Assembly: GCA_046538485.1 (NCBI GenBank)
Contig: JBKHIT010000005.1
Location: 32,001 to 96,000 of the forward strand
Source of the DNA: Candidatus Brocadiia bacterium
GTDB lineage: Bacteria; Planctomycetota; Brocadiia; SM23-32
DNA: 64,000 nucleotides
Direction of reading: 5' to 3'
Below are positions 60,288 through 64,000 of this stretch, piece after piece (position 1 is the stretch's first letter; every line of letters begins with the position of its first letter). The notes beneath the pieces were generated by a model that was not told the origin of the DNA, searched no databases, and was given only the letters and a program-made list of their open reading frames with translations. The translations under genes and the position numbers were made by a program.

Positions 60288-62033
60288 TCAGATTTTTTCT
60301 GCCCCGCTGTCGGCTTGCAGTTTGAGAGCCGGATGAGTTACCCGGGAGAGTTCATCGATAAAATTTGTTTCGTTCAGAGGGGTTTCGCACCACAGGACGC
60401 GGATGCCATTTTCCTCGAAGGTTTTGAGCCTTTGGTGGAGCGATTTTTCCAGGAAACGGACCGGAGGCACAATGACCGCGCGAATATTCAGATCGCGAAT
60501 CTTAAAAAGCCCTTCCTCCACTGAGCCGGACTGGAGAATATCGGTGTCGGCCATGAGAAAATCGAAGTGTTGTTCTACCAGCGAATTTATAATTTGCTCG
60601 TATGTGCGCTTGTCCTCTTCCGTTGGCTGGTGGGGGGATGGTTCGACCACCAGAATCCCGGCGTTGATGTGTGTATCTTCAAACCGGGAGAGGATATTTT
60701 CGAATCGCTCTGCAAGACGGCCGAAATGTTTCCAGTAAGGCATCTGGAAGAAAAAGGATGGTGGGGCGTCGTGTTTTCTCAGCGCGTGGGTGCTGTAGAA
60801 AAAGCCGTGAGGCACGAGGTAGCGCATACCGGCCCAGAGCAGAGACTCTCCGATTATTTTGGCGTCCTGCAGGGTTCCACCCCAGCCGAGGCTATGGTAA
60901 CATTCTGCCAGGGCACCGGGTTTGCCGTAGAAATATGCGGCCGAGGCGAGTGTGCGCGCGTTCTGGCGAGGTCGGGCTTTCAATATGTCCGGTGCCGAAC
61001 CCGCTTTAAAGTGTCCCGGGTCCCCGCCGGGGATGTCCATCCATTGTAGTTGGGACATTCGCGTGGATGGTTTTTCCCCGGCATAAAGAAGATCATTTTG
61101 GGCGCACCATTTTGAAACAGTTTTTTCAAACGATTTACAAAACGTGTCAAAGAGAACATTCTGAAGATCATTTTTGACCTGCAGGTGATCCGGATGCGAA
61201 GGGTCCTGGCTGGCGGGGAAGTTGTCGCGAATATCGTAACCGTATCGTTGCTCAAAAATTGAGGGGATCCGCGTTGACCACCTCGGCACGGTTTCATCCA
61301 CGAAAACTGACTGTATTTCTGATCCGAACAGGTTTGCGTATCGCGAGCCATAGCGTTGGTGTGTAAACTCAAGAAATTTTTTCACGGCTTTCGGATTCAT
61401 TACGTCGGCGAAGTGATCCCAATATTTGTGTCCACGAACTTCAACCTGGATCGTTATAAAAATGCGGTGGGGGCTGGAGGGCAAGGTTGTTTCAAGGACA
61501 GGCGAGGGATCGCTGGCGAAGTAGCGTTTGCGGCTGTAGGCAGTCAGGCCAGTCTCAACGTAAGATTCCCTGGAGAGGACAGTGCCGATGCAGGTCATCA
61601 GATCGAGTTTGTTCCCCCAGTCGACTTGGTCGTTTTCCATCGGGTATGCCTGAGCGGAGAGGACGCGCCCGGGCGGCAATTCCAGGCGTGTTTCCCCGCC
61701 GGCGACATCCCACACATTTTGGTAGAGCTTCGTGGCATGAAATTCTGGTTCGCCCATTACGACTTCGCCTCCGGCGATACCGCTCGGGTAGGGATATTCG
61801 TCGTAGAGATGAACCGTGATGTCGTTCTCATCCGCCGCAGCCAGCGCCGCATCGACCATTTCGAAGAACGCATCCGAGAGGTACGGCTGGCCGAGTCCCT
61901 GTCGCGGATGGATGTAGAATCCACGGATCCTCTGCTTGGCCATTTGAGCGATCTGCCACTTTATTTCTTTCTTTTTCAAGCGGTCGTTCCAGAACCAGAA
62001 AGGGTAAATTCCCGCAGGTAATTCAGTATTCAT
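60288..62033 (-). CDS. GH106-like glycoside hydrolase, N-terminal part (probably truncated)
   Basis: PFWFWN, HPRQGL, YDEYPYPSG.AGG, FVDE, HGFFYS, PPSFF. Confidence 0.75.
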   Translation of the reverse strand: MNTELPAGIYPFWFWNDRLKKKEIKWQIAQMAKQRIRGFYIHPRQGLGQPYLSDAFFEMVDAALAAADENDITVHLYDEYPYPSGIAGGEVVMGEPEFHATKLYQNVWDVAGGETRLELPPGRVLSAQAYPMENDQVDWGNKLDLMTCIGTVLSRESYVETGLTAYSRKRYFASDPSPVLETTLPSSPHRIFITIQVEVRGHKYWDHFADVMNPKAVKKFLEFTHQRYGSRYANLFGSEIQSVFVDETVPRWSTRIPSIFEQRYGYDIRDNFPASQDPSHPDHLQVKNDLQNVLFDTFCKSFEKTVSKWCAQNDLLYAGEKPSTRMSQLQWMDIPGGDPGHFKAGSAPDILKARPRQNARTLASAAYFYGKPGALAECYHSLGWGGTLQDAKIIGESLLWAGMRYLVPHGFFYSTHALRKHDAPPSFFFQMPYWKHFGRLAERFENILSRFEDTHINAGILVVEPSPHQPTEEDKRTYEQIINSLVEQHFDFLMADTDILQSGSVEEGLFKIRDLNIRAVIVPPVRFLEKSLHQRLKTFEENGIRVLWCETPLNETNFIDELSRVTHPALKLQADSGAEKI

Positions 62034-62134
62034 GAGTTCTCCCGTCTGACTATCAGGTGGATCGAACGTATCAGCACGCACATTTCGGCCGAGGGAAAGC
62101 TGCTATTATAATAGAGGTAATGAAGGGAGAAGAC

Positions 62135-62902
62135 ATGCGGATTATGGTTGACATCGTGGCCGCTCCTCGGGAGAACACGCGACTCGACGACCTGGCGGTT
62201 ATTTTCCCGGCCTACAATGAGGAAGCGCGAATTGCCGAGGCGGTGGAACGTGCCTTGGAAGTCGGAGCGGGCCGCGTTGTATGTGTAAACGACTGCTCGA
62301 CGGACGGGACGGCTTCTGTGCTGGATGCTTATGCCGAATATGCGAATGTAGACGTTGTTCATCACCGGGTTAACCAGGGCAAACAGGCTGCTGTCAAACA
62401 CGGTTTGCAGAAAGCGCTGGAGACGGAAGGGCTCCATCGGTTTGCGACGATGGATGCGGACATGCAGGATGATCCTGCCACGCTGGTCAAGTTGGGTTCC
62501 GTGGTAGGGGAGTATGATATGGCTTGCTCTCTGCGAACTCGGGCAGAGATGCCGGTGGTGAGACGCCTGGCGAATTTTCTCGCTTCGGCGCCTTACCGTT
62601 TTCTGGCTCGCGTCAATATTCACGACGTCCAGGCAGGTTATCGTGTTTACTCTCGCGAAGTGGCAGAATGCCTGGCCGAAAATCTGCCTGGTGAAGGAGG
62701 TTACACGCTGGAGCATACAAGCTATCCGCTTTTCGGCTGGCTCGCTGTAGAGCGGGGACGCGCGTTTCGTATTGCCGAGGTGCCGAATCCCTGTGTGTAT
62801 GCTGGTTCCGAGAGCCACATCAAGATCCGCGATAATATCCAGCTTACACTGGCTTCAATGCGATGCGCATGGCAACTTTCCCGTTGGATTCGGAGCCAAT
62901 AA
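62135..62902 (+). CDS. Glycosyltransferase family 2
   Basis: PAYNEE, NDCSTD, N.GK, DAD.QDDP, DVQAGYR. Confidence 0.9.
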   Translation: MRIMVDIVAAPRENTRLDDLAVIFPAYNEEARIAEAVERALEVGAGRVVCVNDCSTDGTASVLDAYAEYANVDVVHHRVNQGKQAAVKHGLQKALETEGLHRFATMDADMQDDPATLVKLGSVVGEYDMACSLRTRAEMPVVRRLANFLASAPYRFLARVNIHDVQAGYRVYSREVAECLAENLPGEGGYTLEHTSYPLFGWLAVERGRAFRIAEVPNPCVYAGSESHIKIRDNIQLTLASMRCAWQLSRWIRSQ

Positions 62903-62984
62903 GGCGTGCGGCTCTTGCGCCTTCGCTGAAAGATTGTTATAAGTTGGCGCATGGGTACGGTTCTCAAAGAGGAGAAATAAAAGC

Positions 62985-63752
62985 ATGGCAAGAGCAAGCA
63001 TTTGTATTGAGATGATTTTCAATGAAGTTGACTTCTATGAACGTCCCGCGCGAGCCGCTGAACTTGGTTTTTCAGCTATTGAGTTCTGGGGAGCGGGTGA
63101 TAAGGACCTGTCGAGATTGAAAAATATTTGTGATGAATCCGATGTTGAAGTGGCCGCATTTTTGGGACCTGCAGGCGTAAATTTTGTGGAAAAAGAGAAG
63201 CCGGAAGACGTTATCGACGCCATGAAAGATGCAGTAAAAGCGGCCCGTGAACTGAATACTGACACTCTGATTGTCACGGTGGGCAATGAGCAGCCGGGCA
63301 TATCAAAAGAGCAGCAGATGCGCAACATCATTGAGAACTTGGAACTTTGCGCTCCGATAGCGGAAAAAGCGGGTCTGAAGCTGGCTATCGAGGCTCTGAA
63401 TACGCTTGTGGATCACCAGGGCTATTTTCTCGATCGGACAATTGACGGCGTGACACTTGTGGAAGAAGTGGGCTCGCCTGCCGTCGGTTTACTATACGAT
63501 ATCTATCATATGCAGATTATGGAAGGCAATCTGATCGAGACGATTCGACGGAATGTCTCCGATTTTAATCATGTTCATGTTGCTGACGTTCCCGGGCGCC
63601 ACGAACCCGGTACCGGCGAAATCAATTACAGGAATGTTTTTCAGGCGCTGGACGAGGCAGGCTACACGGGATATTGTGGATTCGAATTCAAGCCTTTGGA
63701 TAACTCCGATGACGCGTTGGCTTGTGCGCGAAAAGTATGCGGTCTGGGTTGA
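62985..63752 (+). CDS. hyi: Hydroxypyruvate isomerase-family TIM barrel
   Basis: IEALN..DH.GYF, YDIYHMQIMEG, ADVPGRHEPGTGEINY. Confidence 0.88.
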   Translation: MARASICIEMIFNEVDFYERPARAAELGFSAIEFWGAGDKDLSRLKNICDESDVEVAAFLGPAGVNFVEKEKPEDVIDAMKDAVKAARELNTDTLIVTVGNEQPGISKEQQMRNIIENLELCAPIAEKAGLKLAIEALNTLVDHQGYFLDRTIDGVTLVEEVGSPAVGLLYDIYHMQIMEGNLIETIRRNVSDFNHVHVADVPGRHEPGTGEINYRNVFQALDEAGYTGYCGFEFKPLDNSDDALACARKVCGLG

Positions 63753-63783
63753 TTTTTACTGTTTCTTTGGCCCGGTGGACGGA

Positions 63784-64000
63784 ATGTCATCCGAAGAGGA
63801 AGAAAAGCAACAACGATCGCGGATAAGCTGGATTAAAGAATATGTCTTCGGCATGGTGCTGGGACCGTTGCTTGCGACTTATGGAGTGATTGCATTTTTG
63901 GTGGGACAGAGTTTTCTTCCCGCGTTACACGGGAATGGGCATACTGTTGGTGGAAGCAGTGGCAAAGCACTCGCAGCTGGATATTTTCTCGGGGGAATTT
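63784..64000 (+). CDS. Hypothetical membrane protein, runs off the window
   Basis: MSSEEEEKQQRSRISWIKEYVFGMVLGPLL..., open to the end of the window. Confidence 0.6.
   Translation, partial: MSSEEEEKQQRSRISWIKEYVFGMVLGPLLATYGVIAFLVGQSFLPALHGNGHTVGGSSGKALAAGYFLGGI

Noticed and set aside
1..64000. CRISPR array or cas genes
   Set aside because: No regularly spaced direct repeats with unique spacers and no cas-like ORFs seen

Overview
Bacterial chromosomal window, most consistent with a Planctomycetota-like organism (inferred from the lepA followed by a Zn-ribbon lepB, a HEAT/prenyltransferase-repeat protein, a sulfatase and large secreted glycan-active proteins). A housekeeping core (E1 alpha/beta, trpD, EF-G paralogue, hisA, lepA-lepB, L,D-transpeptidase, phosphomannomutase, DinG, tRNA-Gly) is interleaved with accessory genes for transport, sulfate-ester and carbohydrate metabolism, plus a small-ORF/nucleotidyltransferase pair. 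I found no CRISPR array, integrase or intact transposase. The most unusual signal is non-coding: a modular family of short elements with terminal inverted repeats (X about 102 bp, Y 206 bp, Z a hairpin), joined at shared CTA/TAG triplets. The composite occurs twice (23.0-23.4 kb and, inverted, 52.9-53.2 kb). All four X copies point the same way relative to the nearest upstream gene end. Other observations are REP-like hairpin doublets, a probable circularly permuted CBM32 inserted in a putative glycosidase, a DinG with a degenerate exonuclease domain, an operator-covered leaderless promoter and several gene relics. All product calls come from motif recognition by eye, not from database searches.
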